From assembly GCA_024137785.1 (NCBI GenBank), contig JAHRHZ010000058.1:19951349-20015348 (forward strand): a stretch of 64,000 bases of DNA, written 5' to 3'. How positions within the stretch are numbered: position 1 is the stretch's first letter; each line of letters starts with the position of its first letter. Below are positions 12,495 through 26,103 of this stretch, piece by piece. Position numbers and translations under genes: made by a program. The notes below the pieces were generated by a model that ran no database searches, had not been told where the DNA came from, and worked only from the letters and a program-made list of their open reading frames with translations. Source of the DNA: Ginglymostoma cirratum. Its lineage: Eukaryota.

Positions 12495-13039
12495 CATATG
12501 GTCTATCAAGTCAGCTTTCGTGCTGGAATCTGACTTGTCCAGTATTACTATCAGCTGAGATCCTGAGACCCTCAATTATTGTTTTCCAAAGTATCTCTCT
12601 TTACCTTTTGTTTTAATCCTACAGTAAGACACAAGTCTTTCACCATTTGTGTAAAACAGTTGTGTCCTGTTGTCCTTTTTTGAACCGGTAATTATATTAA
12701 ACATGGTAGTCACTGCCTTTTCTGGTTTATAAACTGTTTCAGCAATATTTAAATAAAACAGCCTCAAAAGAACACCCCTACTTTCCTTCCATTCCATACA
12801 TCAACTATCCTTTTAGACTGTCTACCTGAGGCCTACCAAATAATAGAGAATTGTGGAAAGTATTTTGGACGACGCTCAACTCTAAAGTGACTGTGATGAG
12901 TCTTCCCTAGTGCCCTTCAAAACTTGTTTCACCCAGGTATTTGAACATTCATCAGAGAGGAGACTTCTTATTATCTGCCTAGGCGTAACTTAAACTCAGA
13001 TACCAGAGTTGAATGAGTCGAACATTAAAAAAAAATCTC

Positions 13040-13225
13040 AAATACTGGGGATGCTGGAAATCTCAAGCAAACAGCGAAAATGTTGGAGAATCTCAGCAGG
13101 TCTGAGTTTCGGCTGTGACATAACTTCTTCAGGGTTCTGAAAAAAAGTCAAATCGGACTCGAAATATTAACTCTCTCTACAGATGGTGCCTGACTTGTTG
13201 AGTTTCTCCGGCATTTTCTTTGCTT
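13040..13225. mobile_element. Palindromic Penelope-like element (family A)
   Basis: gaaaatgttggagaatctcagcaggtc / gacttgttgagtttctccggcattttc arms. Central ttcttcag..ctga..agtc(aaatcg)gactcgaaa. Confidence 0.75.
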
Positions 13226-14424
13226 ATTTTATAAAGCTTGTGAACTGAGCTGAGACTGTCAACATTTTTTTTAATGGTTTTGGAGAATAATGTGAAAAGC
13301 AGTGACTTATTGGCAGAGAATTGAGAGAAGGGCGAAGATCTCCAGAACAACATGAAATGTATTATACTGCACAACCTAATTAAACAAGGGACAAATTGAC
13401 AGTGCGCATCAGCTAACCCTTCAGAGAATTAGCGGTCAGTCATCAGAGAGAGGCTAGCAATCTTCAGATAGTTGTACGACGAAAATAACTTTAGTTCATG
13501 TCAACCAAACGACAGATCGATTTACTCATTTCTGAAAAACAGATACGCAAAACGTCATTGTTTTTCATAACGTCTCCATCTCAACTCTCCAGGATACATC
13601 TGATAAATCCAGACCCCAAATTGGAAATTTTGCTTAATTTCAAGGGCCGATATTCAACTATTTTCAGAAGTCCTGATTGTTTTCGTTCATTTTTAGATTT
13701 TATTTTAATGTAGTCTTTTGAACTAGTAAAGGAGATTGTATTGAAATGTGTTTCGGGTTGATCAAGCGACAGATTCAAGAACTTTGTACAGAATCAATTT
13801 TTTTTAATCGCAGGATAGCAGTTGTCGTCCTAAGTAATGAGACAAGGTGACATTTCAGTGGTTCTGGCAAAGCAACAACATAGCACCAATGAGAACATCC
13901 CAGTTTATCACGATAGATGATGTTAATGTGAAAGGGAACTCGGGATTGCGATATATTTCGCCGTAACAATACTAACTCTATCACATTTACTGTGATTGGG
14001 AACTATAATTTTCCAGATTTAATTTCGAAATTATCTGTGCTAAAGACATGACATGCAGGCTGAACTGGATCTTTAAAATCTATTTTCGTCATATAACCTC
14101 TTGTTCAATCCCGCCCATTTGCCGTCTATTGCTGATCAAATTCTACTTAACCGGGCGTTTATAACTATTTCATTTTAAATCCAAATTAGCACTGAGAATT
14201 TTAAACGACACGGTGTGAGGTGTTTGTAAATGATAAAAAAAACAATAATTCAGAAGTCCAAAGAGAAGGGGCTTTCAGTTCTCTGATGCATTTCAGCGGA
14301 TATTTAAAATGCATTAATTTCGAGGTAACTTCGTGTGATTCTTTAGAATTGGGTCGTGCTGTTTATTGTCATATTTATAGAAGCCATTGCGAAGTAATAC
14401 GGTTTCGGTTGTTTTCTTTTGTTT

Positions 14425-14590
14425 TAAAATATCCTGCACGGGTGAACGCGGTAATCCAAGGCCTGATAAACTACAAGGGAGTTCATTTAGTCCACTCGTG
14501 ACTCAGAGGTGATGGTAATCAGACAGCCGGGCTAACAGAAGGTATGAATGGTCTTATGAGTGGAAGAATCAACATCCTTCCAAATATATA
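14425..14590 (+). repeat. Copy 2 of the ~166-bp local direct duplication (CpG-retaining copy)
   Basis: Aligns with 8044-8210. Confidence 0.95.
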
Positions 14591-17500
14591 TTGGGGCCAA
14601 TATCAAAAAAATGTCAGTACTATCTATAAGATAACCAGTAAAACTAGAATAAACTTTAGTAAATTCTACTTTTGCCACGGGCTAATTCCAGGTTAGGACA
14701 CGAATCGTCGATGGAGACGATAAATCAGCAAATACGAGGGGGCTTTAAATTACGTAGCGGTGCCAAACCGGGTTTAACTAGTATTCAGAAGTCCCCCAGA
14801 CCTACTCGGGACGTTAGGAACTTACCCGGAATTACATAAAATTCTTGCCAGCCCATCAGTGGCGCTCTGAAAACATTTAAATTCTAAAAGCGGAAAGGAG
14901 AAATATGTACGCGAATGGAAACCTAGAATTCTCTCACGGTCCTGAGCAGTGGCTTGGCAGCCACGTCATAAAATCTAGTTCTGCCAGGTCAGACTCAGCT
15001 TTGTAGTTAAGGTCGCAAACTTTAAAGTAGCCGAATAAACATAGGTAATGACAGATGTAAATAAACCCCCTGTGTCTAGGGCCGCATCTTTAAGTGAATC
15101 ATTCCCAGTCACTGCTCCTCCGAGGGTCCCATCGTTAACAATCTGCGCAACGTCTTTGGGTTAACATGGTTAAATAAATCAAATCCATACATTCTTCGAG
15201 TGACGAGCTCTTCAGGGGTCAAGCAATCACACTTAATCCAAACAGTTTTGTTTTAAACACGTGGGAGAGACAATGACCATAAGCACTGTGATGTTGCATT
15301 TCTATCTATAAACAGTATTACTTTCAAGCTGTCTACTATAATTGACTGATGCCGTGGTGTAATGGACGGTTTAGGTAGAGTAAATTAGTTAGGTACCTTT
15401 CCCCCCAACATTTTATTGCTGCTTCAGACAATCTTCCTTTAAAAGTCATTCTGATTTTTTTTTTGTGGAGCCAGTCTTTCCAGACAAGTTGGAATGAATT
15501 ATGTAATCGGAGAAGTGGCCGGACAGTGAGTTCAAACTTTCTTCTGAAAACGTTGCCTCTAGCAATACTATGATATTTTAGGTTCTTAACTTTTGTATAC
15601 ATCAACTTAATATTAAATCCCATGGCTATTTTAGGAAGAGTTATGAATTGCAAAGAAGCGCAGCACGAAATTCTCATTAAATGGTATTATTTCCTTATAT
15701 TTGGTATTAATTGGTTTCAATGTTTTTCTTGTATAGTCTAGGAGTAAATTACAGTGTTACCCCTAAAACGTAGTGAGGATGGATTTTTGATTTTTTCGTT
15801 TTTTGACCTGGGCGGACGACCGAGGACCACAAACTACTCTCTATTGACTGGATTCCCTAGAATCATGGCTCTGATCTGGATCCAGCCTGATGAATGTAAA
15901 AGTATACCTTTTTGGCTTGCTTTGCTCTGCACGAAAATTACGAAGGATATAGTATAATTGGAAACATTTTGTTTCCTGCCAGCGCCTCAAGGTTTGACGG
16001 TTTGCAAAAAAAATGTATTTTAAAGCATAAATAATTTTAAATAAATCACTTTATCAGAGTTAAATCATTACCAGAACCTTAAGACTGATAATATAGTCAG
16101 ATTATAAAAGCAATCCCCCTCCATACCGATACCACCCCACACAAGCTCATACAAATAGAAGCACGGATTCTGTTGTCATATTGACACAAAGACACACACA
16201 TATAAACATGTAGGCAATGATGCTGACATATTTGACACCGATAGTTAGATATGCACGTGCACACATTGCCGCATGTATAGATGTTACATTCTCACATACT
16301 CAAGCACAACAGCATACAAATCTAACATTTTATAAGTGAGTTTAGTTTTATTTCATCCTAACCCAGCAAAACGTCTTCAGCGTTAAAATCTAAACATTTT
16401 CAGATTAAACAAACTGTGGCTTGTCTTTCTCTCTAGATTAATAATCAGGAAAGCACATTAGGAATTATAAAACGGCAGGAAAGTAATGTAGTAATTCGTA
16501 ACAATTTCGGCTTGTGTTTTTCGGCTGAGATAAGACTTGAGAAGTAAAAATATAAGACATCGTAAGTATGTATTCATTTTATGCGAGTGTTCACAAATGC
16601 ACATTACGTATGTTCTTCCTGATGCGCTGATCAAAGGACATGGATCTATCATTGACATTGCACACCGCCGTTTAAATGGGTAGGCGTGTTCATGTGATCT
16701 CAGGTCAAACCAAGCTCATTCTCGATTTCATGTGGCATGCATCAGCAGAGGATTGGTTGTTTCTTTTACCTATCAACATATCCAAGTCTATGCTATGCTA
16801 TGCACTGTGCCAACCAAAAAATACGCACAAAAGAACGCGACCTGATTTTAGAATTCAATTAAGTTTAACCTGCTAGTCAATAAAATCATTTAAAATCAAC
16901 TTGCATAAATGCGTAGGAAGGGAAGATAATTAGTAAATCTAAATGTAATGTGCCTGTTAGTGCACAATTCTGGAGTTTCTGAGCATCTGGGAATGCACGG
17001 TAACAATTAAAACCACGTTGACAAATAATTTATTTAAAAGATGACAACAATGATTTTTGAACGACCCGTTTACGCTTATTTCAAATACGAGCCTAAGTAA
17101 TCTGATGTTCGGTATTGCCATCCGTTTGTATCATGCCAGTTTCATATATGTCCTGCCATTACAATGTTTCTGTGAATCGCTATTGAAAAGAATTCCTCTA
17201 TCATAATCCTGTGTGGTTACACAGAAGACATATTCCATAAAGACGTTTGAAACTATTAGTGAGACGAGCCCAAGAAATGATCCGTGAGGCGCGAGAAGGG
17301 GGCACATATATATTGGGCTGGGACATTGGAGATATTAATCAGATGGCAATGCTGGTCACGTGACATACTACCTACACGACGTTTCACTTGGAATATTAAT
17401 TTTGATGTGCTATCTTTGATTTAAAAATCATTTGAAACTATTTTATCCTCGCAACTGAAGAGTTTTATTTTTATGCCTAAGCATTTAACTAATTTACATA

Positions 17501-20037
17501 TACGCACATATAAGCATGCGAGAATATATGGTCGCTGTCTGTCTTCACAGCAGTGAACGGAATTACGAGTTATTTGCATAGGTAATGAGAAGGTTTACAC
17601 ACAATTTGCAGGCCCGTAATAGCCTGCTTACTTCGTTAATCACGCGAGTAGCACCTCAACTATTGTCGTTTTTTGTTAATTCCAAGTAATGCCAAAAACA
17701 TGCACAAACGTTCACCCCACAAAAATCTATTGCAGTTGAATATTAAATACATCGGAAGTCCGCGCATACGAATCTGCAATGTTTTCAATCTCTATATTTT
17801 ATGGAATCTGCAGGCCCCAGTGCATGTGTGAACGCTGAATACAACCGGGTGCCGGCAGCGGTCTTTGTATTCACGGAATCGAGAGGAGATGACTGTCCAA
17901 TGTACCCTTTTACATCTGATGTCTCTTTATATCTGAGAAGTTGATGGAAGTGAAACGGAATGTTGTTGAATTGCAATTAGACATAGCTCAGCCGCGCTAG
18001 GAAAGTAATGCGAAAGAAATGTACGTCTTTGAGATTAATTGTATATTCGTAATTAAGAAGTACTTGAACAGTACTCATCGAGAATAGTTTACATCGCAAT
18101 CCACAGACACATTGCCCCTCACTAACCATGTCTGTAAATCTCGGACTGATCATTGAGTTGGAAAACCCTCAACCAGTGGTGAGAGGCTATTCAAATAAAC
18201 AACTGAATTTTAAAACAAAATGTTAGTACTTTTAACATGAACCTAGAATATTACGGGTTCCAGCAAAAACAAAATACTCAAACGACAGATGTCGCATTCA
18301 GGGACAGAGTATGTAACGTTTCGATTGCTTACTGGTTCAAACATATAGCACCATGCGTGATATTTCATGTGTATTCTTTGGATAGCAACTAGAGATCTTC
18401 ATAGCCGTGTTCAACTTGTTAATGGGAAATACACCGCACTCACACGTGTCCAAGTTAGGCACGCGTCAAGGTAAAACTGATAGTCCGGACACCTTGAACG
18501 ATAAAATGTTAACACGACTTTTACCGGACGAAGCAAAACACAGTTTTTTGGAACTAGCCAACAGTGTTTTATTAAATACAAGCGCGTTCGCTTTCGCAAC
18601 CTTTTTTGATCAAGTTTTGTACTGATTGCAGCGTTTGCAAGTTAAATTATTACTTTTAAGTTGTTTAATTGTAATGGGTTTAAATACTTCATTCAAATTT
18701 GCAAATTATGACCGAAGAGGGAATGCGAAATACAAAGCAATGCTTTCTTGATGCTGAAATTATTTCTAATAAAGATTTGTGTAGAAATGGACTTAACCAA
18801 CCAGTTAATTTAAACCCCGATTAGACACTTACCCAGACTTTTTAAAATTTAAAATGTAGTGTACTGTTAAAATGCGATTGATTTTATGTGGATTATTGCA
18901 ATAACCACACGTTTGCTTTTCACTTTGGCAGCCAAAGAAATCGTAGCTTATCAAAGCCATACTCTAACGTGATCCATGTTGTTGGTTGCAGAGAAGTCGC
19001 GTGGAATAAAAATCTTTAATTACTGCCACTTGGTTGATTTAAAGAGACCATTTCAAATATCATTTGGGACCCAAACTGTCCAATCTGTCAATTCCATTTC
19101 TGCTTTCCTTTTCACATTTCACAAGAATACTGTATACGAACGGTCAAGGTCGGTAAATCAAGGTCAGAGTGCAGCTGTAGCTCCTGATATTTTGAGTAGG
19201 TGTTCAATGTTTAAACTGAGGATTTTTTAACCTGGTGTGGGATACCCACCCAACACAATCAACTATAATCTGTAGATGCATTCATTTTTCAAAGAAAAAT
19301 AGTTATTCTTTGGAACAGAACCAATACCATTTATTTTCAAAGAGTAATCCCTCGTTTTGCACTGTGTCATTTTAAATGTTCACTCCAATTATTGGCATGG
19401 AGTTGCGTCTTCAATAAGCTGGTTGAGAAGTTTAAACTTCAGAAACAAAGCAATATTTTGCAGATGTGAAATTGTGCTGACCATCATTTCGTTTCAGAAT
19501 CAGTGGTGCCAATCCGTCTGCCGCTAGCCTGACTTTCTGACAAAGGGTTTTGGGGTGAGCCAATTCGTGGGAATTTTTCCCCTCCGGGGTAAGAAATGCT
19601 ATCTGATATCTACTCTGAGACGAGAATGGGACCCAGCCTTAAACTTTTTGTGATTAAAGTGCTTGGCTACATTTCCAGTAGATTTTTGCGGTTTCCCTTG
19701 TTGAAATGATAGCATTTTAGGAGACTAAAATGAATAACTGGATCGGCTTGTTTTCTTTTGAATAAAATAGATTTTACCAACAGTTGAACTGAAATCCTAG
19801 CGCTTTTTTCATTTTGCAGGGACTGACACGCACATTTTCAGCAACATTTCTGTTGAAGTACTGGGCAATGACCTCTTGTGATTATTAAAGAACCGCCTGA
19901 CCGCCACTTTGTTCCGTTGCCCTCATTTATAATAAATTATGGTTTTAGTGGCACTCTGCTATTACCACTTATCTTAATTAGAGTTTGGTCTGCAGGGCAC
20001 TTTACTAGCGTCGGTGGGAGGGAGAGATTATACTGTA

Positions 20038-20064
20038 TGTGTGTGTGTGAGAGAGAGAGAGAGA
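20038..20064. repeat. Compound (TG)n(GA)n microsatellite
   Basis: tgtgtgtgtgtgagagagagagagaga. Confidence 0.9.
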
Positions 20065-23000
20065 AGGAATGTATAAGAGTTAGTTACGAGAAAGAGGATC
20101 TGCATAGATAAAATGGTGTATTGCCTGCTCGCAAAGCCACTACAAAAAAAATCTGTATTTCCGCATGTATAGGCGATATACAGAAATGTTAATATAGTGT
20201 AATTGGCCTTTAATCGAATGGTATGGAATCTACTCCGAATGGTTTAAATTAAACAAAATAAAACGTAGGCTGGTCAATGCAAAATCCCGAGAAAGCTTTT
20301 TTTCTGTCCTTAGAAAAGGTATTCATTACACATTTCATAAATAAGGAACGGCATAAGGATGGTACAGAGCTGCAATTGTCAACTTTACCGATGAAGGGGG
20401 CGCACCCCATTTGTTAATCTCTTATTGGTCTTTACAGATATTAACAGACTTTCTTATATTCCTTGTTTTTATTAATTTCGTGTTTGTCAGTATTTGATTT
20501 AAAAGAATAGCATGCTAACGTGATATAAATTCCTGCTTTTTCTGTTCGTGTCTACACATTTAGCAAGGCAACCAGATAGATCATAAAAATCTATGATTCA
20601 CGATGCCTGGTTTCGATCGAGATAAATATAGACAATAGAGGCATGTTGTGAAATAAATTCAACTTGCTTTATGTACTACGACCATGAAATGGCATGTCGA
20701 CTCGCGATGATTACACGGTACAACTTGACTACATACACAACAGTACCTTTTATCTCTCCTACACAACAGATTCCAGATAGAAAGAATAGTAATTGTATGA
20801 TTGTACTGCAGCATTTGTTGATTTGTGTACATGTTGCACAGAACTAACTCAAACCCCGTGAATGCAACGCTTATCAGAGGTATGTCCTCATTTTAGAAGT
20901 ATATAACTCATTTCGACTATACTTGAAGACCAGAAATTGTCCTTTCAATTTCTGGATTTGACAAAACTTTCCAACAAATTACAAAGAACATGCCAATTTC
21001 CATTAGGTAGTGTGTTACATTATATGTGATGGAACTTACAGGATTTAGTCAAAGACCGTTAGTGACAACAGATTAATACCATACCAACCTCCTTTGTATA
21101 AACCATACAAATTTACACCAATCTTATCATTTCTATTTTTTAAAATTTGAGCATTATAATAAGCATACCCTTTATATGTACACTGTTTCTGAGACATCTC
21201 TATTATCAACATGATCATTGCCATTGTCGTTTCTCTCCTCTGTAAGGTGTGCCGTAAAATCAAAAGGTAAAAAAAAAGGCGTTATTGTACTAGCGTACGT
21301 TGAGCATTAAGCCTTTGCTTCAAATTACTCCCTGCACTCTGGCAAAGAAAACTACATTAATTGTCACCTCTCAATCGTAAACGGGAAGAAATGAATCCGT
21401 CGGACTAGTTTATGGTAGGCTGCCGCGTCTGCATTAATGTTGAAATGATTTGGGTTATTTTTATGTATACTTTGTCAACTGCATTTAAATTAAACTCATT
21501 GAGATGTTACTGAGAAGTACAACCAATTCTTCTGATTTATGAAAAAGTCGCTTTTCTGTTGTACCCTCAGAGATGGTTGATAATTTAACCATTCATGGGT
21601 GATAGTACTCCAGGTACGAGTCCATTTACTAATTCCGTGCATTATTTGGCCTGTAGCACTGACGCAGCTTTTAATATGTTCATATTTTGGTAATAGGATC
21701 ATATCCATGAGACATAGGGCGTAATACTTTTTACTTTGCTGAGTACCAGATTTTACGTGTCAGGTGCACAAAACAGACGTTTGATTCTTGAATCCACACA
21801 CCTCCCCACGCGTGACAATATTACACGAGGATTGTCATCCAGTTTGAATTTATGTCCCAATATCCTTTGGTGAATATAAACACATGCCTCTCTGTTTTAT
21901 CCAAAAGCTTTAACAGCGAAATAAGACATTAAGAATGAACAATCCCAGCGTAGTCATTATTATGAGGGAAGGAATTAATTCTGTCAGTAAATATGTCCAT
22001 TCCTCATTATCTAGTTTTCTTTAGGAGAGGGGCCGGACGGAATCCTCGTTTTATGGAAGCGAGAAAGCTCCTTTGCAACATCCGCATTCCTGAAAATAAC
22101 AGCAGACCCCACATAAAGTGATTCTGGAATTGAACGGTATTATTTCAGTGCTTAATTTACAACCAACTGAAGAATTAACAAAATGAGCAATCGATCACAA
22201 ATATATTCTGAGTGCAATGGATGGATGCTTGGCAATGAATTGGATCGATAAATAGATTCAGTGTTTTGGTTTCAGATCTCCAGAATCTGCGGAACGTTTA
22301 CTTGCCCTTGCCACAATTTAAAAAAAAGGAATATGGAACAAAACTTGTCAACAGCGATATAACCAGGAGAAATTCGAGCCAAGAACTTAGTTATTCTGAC
22401 CAGTTAGCAACATGTACGCTTTTATCTTTGCTTTAACAACGCCGAAAAAAAGGCGGGGGGGGGGGTGGAAACTTGAAGTTGGCGCTTTACTGAAATATTT
22501 TGACACTGCTCGTATTGGATAGAGCACATTAAGCAGTACTCAGATAAATCCCGTCAATGATGCAAAAAACGCGATTTAATAGCCCGCATTTCCGAATCAT
22601 TTTTCAAGTTATGAGTAAAAGGTAACTTTTACCCTTGGAGCATCCCTCTTAAATGGGACTGTGCGTTAATTATGCATCTATTCAAAACTAAAATCAGTAT
22701 GACTACATTCTAAATCTATCGAGCTTCGTGAACCAGATGTGGTTACATTTTTGGGAGGAGGGGAGAGGGGGGAGAACCAGGAGCGGGAAGCCGGGTGGTG
22801 GTGTCGATAAATCTTTGGACCTTTTCTGCGGTGCTTTAACCGATTCCATGAAGGCTCCGACGCCAGCCGAACTAGAAACAGGGCTTTATGACATCTGGCA
22901 AGTTTCTTCAAAATAAAGGTTTTAACGCGATTTGAAAAATAAACACGCACGCCCGTTGGAAGAGCAATTAGAAAGCGTACAATATCAGGTTAATAAACTT

Positions 23001-23724
23001 CCTGGCGAGTTCATTTGACGTTTCCTTCCGCGTCTATGAGTTCGACTTTAGCAAATAATGGGGAAAGGAGGAAGGGGGGAGGGGTTGAAAAGCTTTCTCC
23101 AAACAGATGTTGATAGAAGTCTCAATTCAATGATATTTGTAGATGAAAAAGACAGACATATTGCACTGGCACCGTACTGGCCGCCCAAATCTGGGGAAAG
23201 GGTCTGGAGGGAAGCTAATGATGAAAAAAAGTCTACTCCGTCTCAGTTGCCTTAATTAAATGCATGGAAAGAACTGAGAGGCTCACATCTGGTTTCAATA
23301 TGGATCTCTTTGATGGCATCAAGTGTTCTTTTCCCATATCAGGCCGCTGCAAGTAATGGGATGTCTATTGCAGCGTGGAGTCCAGAATCCTGCCATTTGC
23401 ACACATGAGCTCCCTTCCACTCCCGTTGAGCCCTGTTTCTGAAGCCTCACGCAATCTTTGTAATGAGTGCTGGCCATTGAAAGAAATAATGACTTCATCC
23501 CGATTCCCTCATATGTTTAAGTCAAATTTTAATTAAAATGACAAAAGAGATGGATTCCAACTGAATCTTTAAATGTATATATTATTTTGCAATGCGTTTT
23601 TAAAAGCGCGTAGAAAGTGGTCAACCCAAAAAATAAATCTGCCTTTCCCTCAAAGTTACGGCGTTCTCCCCTCCCCCTCCTTATCCGTGTCTCTCTGGTC
23701 GCTGTTGCGTTCTGTACGTCCAGT

Positions 23725-23732
23725 TATAAAAG
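23725..23732 (+). promoter_or_regulatory. Candidate TATA box of the PRRX1 promoter
   Basis: Consensus TATAAAAG in a CpG-rich context, preceded by a ccctcccct GC-box-like tract and ~240 bp upstream of a strong splice donor. Confidence 0.55.
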
Positions 23733-23754
23733 TGAAACAAAAGCAGCGAGAGAG

Positions 23755-23968
23755 AGAGAAAAAAACCTCGCCGGGCTGCTTGCACACAGACAGGCTCCAG
23801 TAATGGCAGTGTATCGCCCGAACCCACAGCGCGCCGCCAATACCTAAAGACGCTGGAGACATAACGGGTTCGGTTTTTAGATCTTCAAACAGTTCCGAAA
23901 TGAAAGTTAGGGTCATCGGATTAGCCTTTTACTCGCCACTTCACGTTGATTTGGCGCTGCTCGTGTAG
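23755..23968 (+). other. PRRX1: Probable non-coding first exon of PRRX1 (start approximate)
   Basis: Donor tag|gtgagt (GT at 23969). Matching acceptor tttcttttttatatatttttcag ends at 24217 (249-bp intron). Confidence 0.5.
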
Positions 23969-24964
23969 GTGAGTACATGGCCCTTGTAATATTTTCTTTT
24001 GCCTGAAGCAAGGAACTACTTATAGCAGTAAGCTACGGGAAAGCGTATTTTTTGAGGGGGGAGGGGGGGGAAGAGCACAGCGATTGGTATAAAACATGCA
24101 AATTAGTTCTTTAACCGCAATAGAAAACAAGTCTGTCTGACTTGACGGGATAGATAAACAAGCTCGCTCTTTGATGTATTTTTCTGGCTGTCAGTTTCTT
24201 TTTTATATATTTTTCAGATGATAATTACGTCTTATTACGAAATACAAAGGGATCCCAGGGCAGATTACAAGAGAGCAAAGGTTTCATTTGCCCGCTCTAA
24301 TCAAAGTGGTGGGAGTGCTGTGATGGAGAGGGGTCTGTAGAACGTCAGAGGCACAGAACACAGGGGCTTTGCCACGTAATTACAGGCGCGTATGAGCAGA
24401 ATCTCGTCTCCCTGGGGTCGCCAATTTTAATTTATTCGGCGCAAAACAATCCCTGGACGGCACTCTGCTGGCTTTTGAAGTGCCAGAAAGGCCTTTTTTT
24501 TAACTCAGCAAGGAGGAGAAGTACTGCACACTTCAGAGTTCCTCCCGCCTCGAGTCTTCCAGCAAAAAAACTTTTCCCCCTCCTGTATGTGTGTCTCCTT
24601 TTGAGAACAGAGTAAGTTGAGAAAGCTCACTCGTACATCTGCAAAACATCATTCTTTCTAAACTGATGTCACCTATGTGAGTCAAGGAGAAGGAAGGACA
24701 ACTTTTCTTCAAGTTCCTCTGAAGTTGGCTATGTGCTGCTGTTACATGGGCGTTGGAACATCTCTCTATAAGGGAAGTTTGCTCATTTTTTAACTTTAAA
24801 AAAAAAGTTTTGAGTTTCCCGGCGTCCGGTTCAAGTGTGGAGATCTCTTTTCTGACAACATTGGCCTAAACTGGAGACGAAGGGCGTCGAGTCTCGGAAG
24901 GTTGCTAGAGTTTGCACCTACATTTTTTGTTTAAAATAAAAGATTTTTTTAAAATATCTAAGCC

Positions 24965-25214
24965 ATGACCTCGAGTTATCCTCATGTAATGGACAGGCAA
25001 ACGTCCTCCGTACCCAATCGCTTGGAGAACACTATCACGGCCAGCATGGACAATTTACAGTCTAAAAAGAATTTCACGGTGAGTCACCTGCTGGATCTGG
25101 AAGAAGTGGGGGAGATGAACCTCCAGCAAGCCGACGAGAGTGTGAGTGAGGCGGGCAGGAAACTGGTCGAGTCGCCGGCGGCGACCAGCGGCAGTGACAC
25201 CCCACAACAAGAAA
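24965..25214 (+). CDS. PRRX1: PRRX1 coding exon 1 (N-terminus with eh1-like FTVSHLL motif)
   Basis: gccATG start; MTSSYPHVMDRQ..KKNFTVSHLLDLEE..EAGR..TSGSDTPQQE matches the PRRX1 N-terminus. Donor a|gtaagt, phase 1. Confidence 0.96.
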
Positions 25215-26092
25215 GTAAGTGTGAACAAAAAGAAATACAGTAGGGGACAAGGGGTTACTAACAGGATTATCACTGTGGCGCAAAGAGGGATCATCGCATT
25301 AACACGTACGTGTAAATGTCATGGAGCCGTTTGATATTACCGAACGTGGAGATACCGCTTGGCAGAGTCTCGAGGCGACTATTGAGAGGCAGCTGGAGAT
25401 AAGAGTTTGGGGGAAAGAAGCGTAGAATCAATCACTTAAAAGTTGGCGATACAGGATCTCACCTTTATAAGCAGGACAGTCCACATTTCGCTTCCCTTTA
25501 AGTATATTTTTGAAAAATATTTTTAAAAAACTCCCCCAGTGTAATATAGCTTCCCGCAAAGTTCACATCTGAGATGTGGTGGAGAATGTTCACTGGCATC
25601 AAGATCGAGGACCGTTCGCCGAATATGCGGTGAGGTCTAATAAATAGTATTTCATAAAGGAAATCAACAAGTGCAGATGTGTTGAAAAATGTAAAGGAGA
25701 CATAAATGATCAAGACACGTACAGTCGCCAGGGTCGGGAAGTCAAATATTTTCAGACAATAATGTCACAGCACAATGTGATTACTGGAGAGGCTACAGAG
25801 AGGTAGACTATAATCTAATAACTCTCATCACTTCATTGGAAACCTTTTCAAGACATGTGCGTATGGATAGTAACATTAAATGTATTGCTTTGAAAAATCA
25901 AGGAGCTAATTCACAGCTAATTGAGTGAATGTAGGAATGCATTTTTAAGCCATGTATCGCCTCCATTAGCAGGAACACATTGCACTGAATAGTTCATTCT
26001 CTCAGAACATGTGTAGGCATAATAAGTGTACGATTGAATTTGACAAAACTGCTTTAAGTGTCCCCACAGACAACAACAATGGTAATGACAGC

Positions 26093-26103
26093 TAATCTGA
26101 TTA
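26093..26103. promoter_or_regulatory. P3 paired-class homeodomain dimer site TAATCTGATTA in intron 1
   Basis: Exact TAAT-NNN-ATTA palindrome flanked by c..g. Function is inferred. Confidence 0.4.

Noticed and set aside
14846-14870. CTCF-like motif ccatcagtggcgct
   Set aside because: One base short of the consensus spacing; unsupported.
25215-25243. Read-through of PRRX1 exon 1 as a 92-aa protein
   Set aside because: A consensus gtaagt donor at 25215 joins in phase to exon 2.
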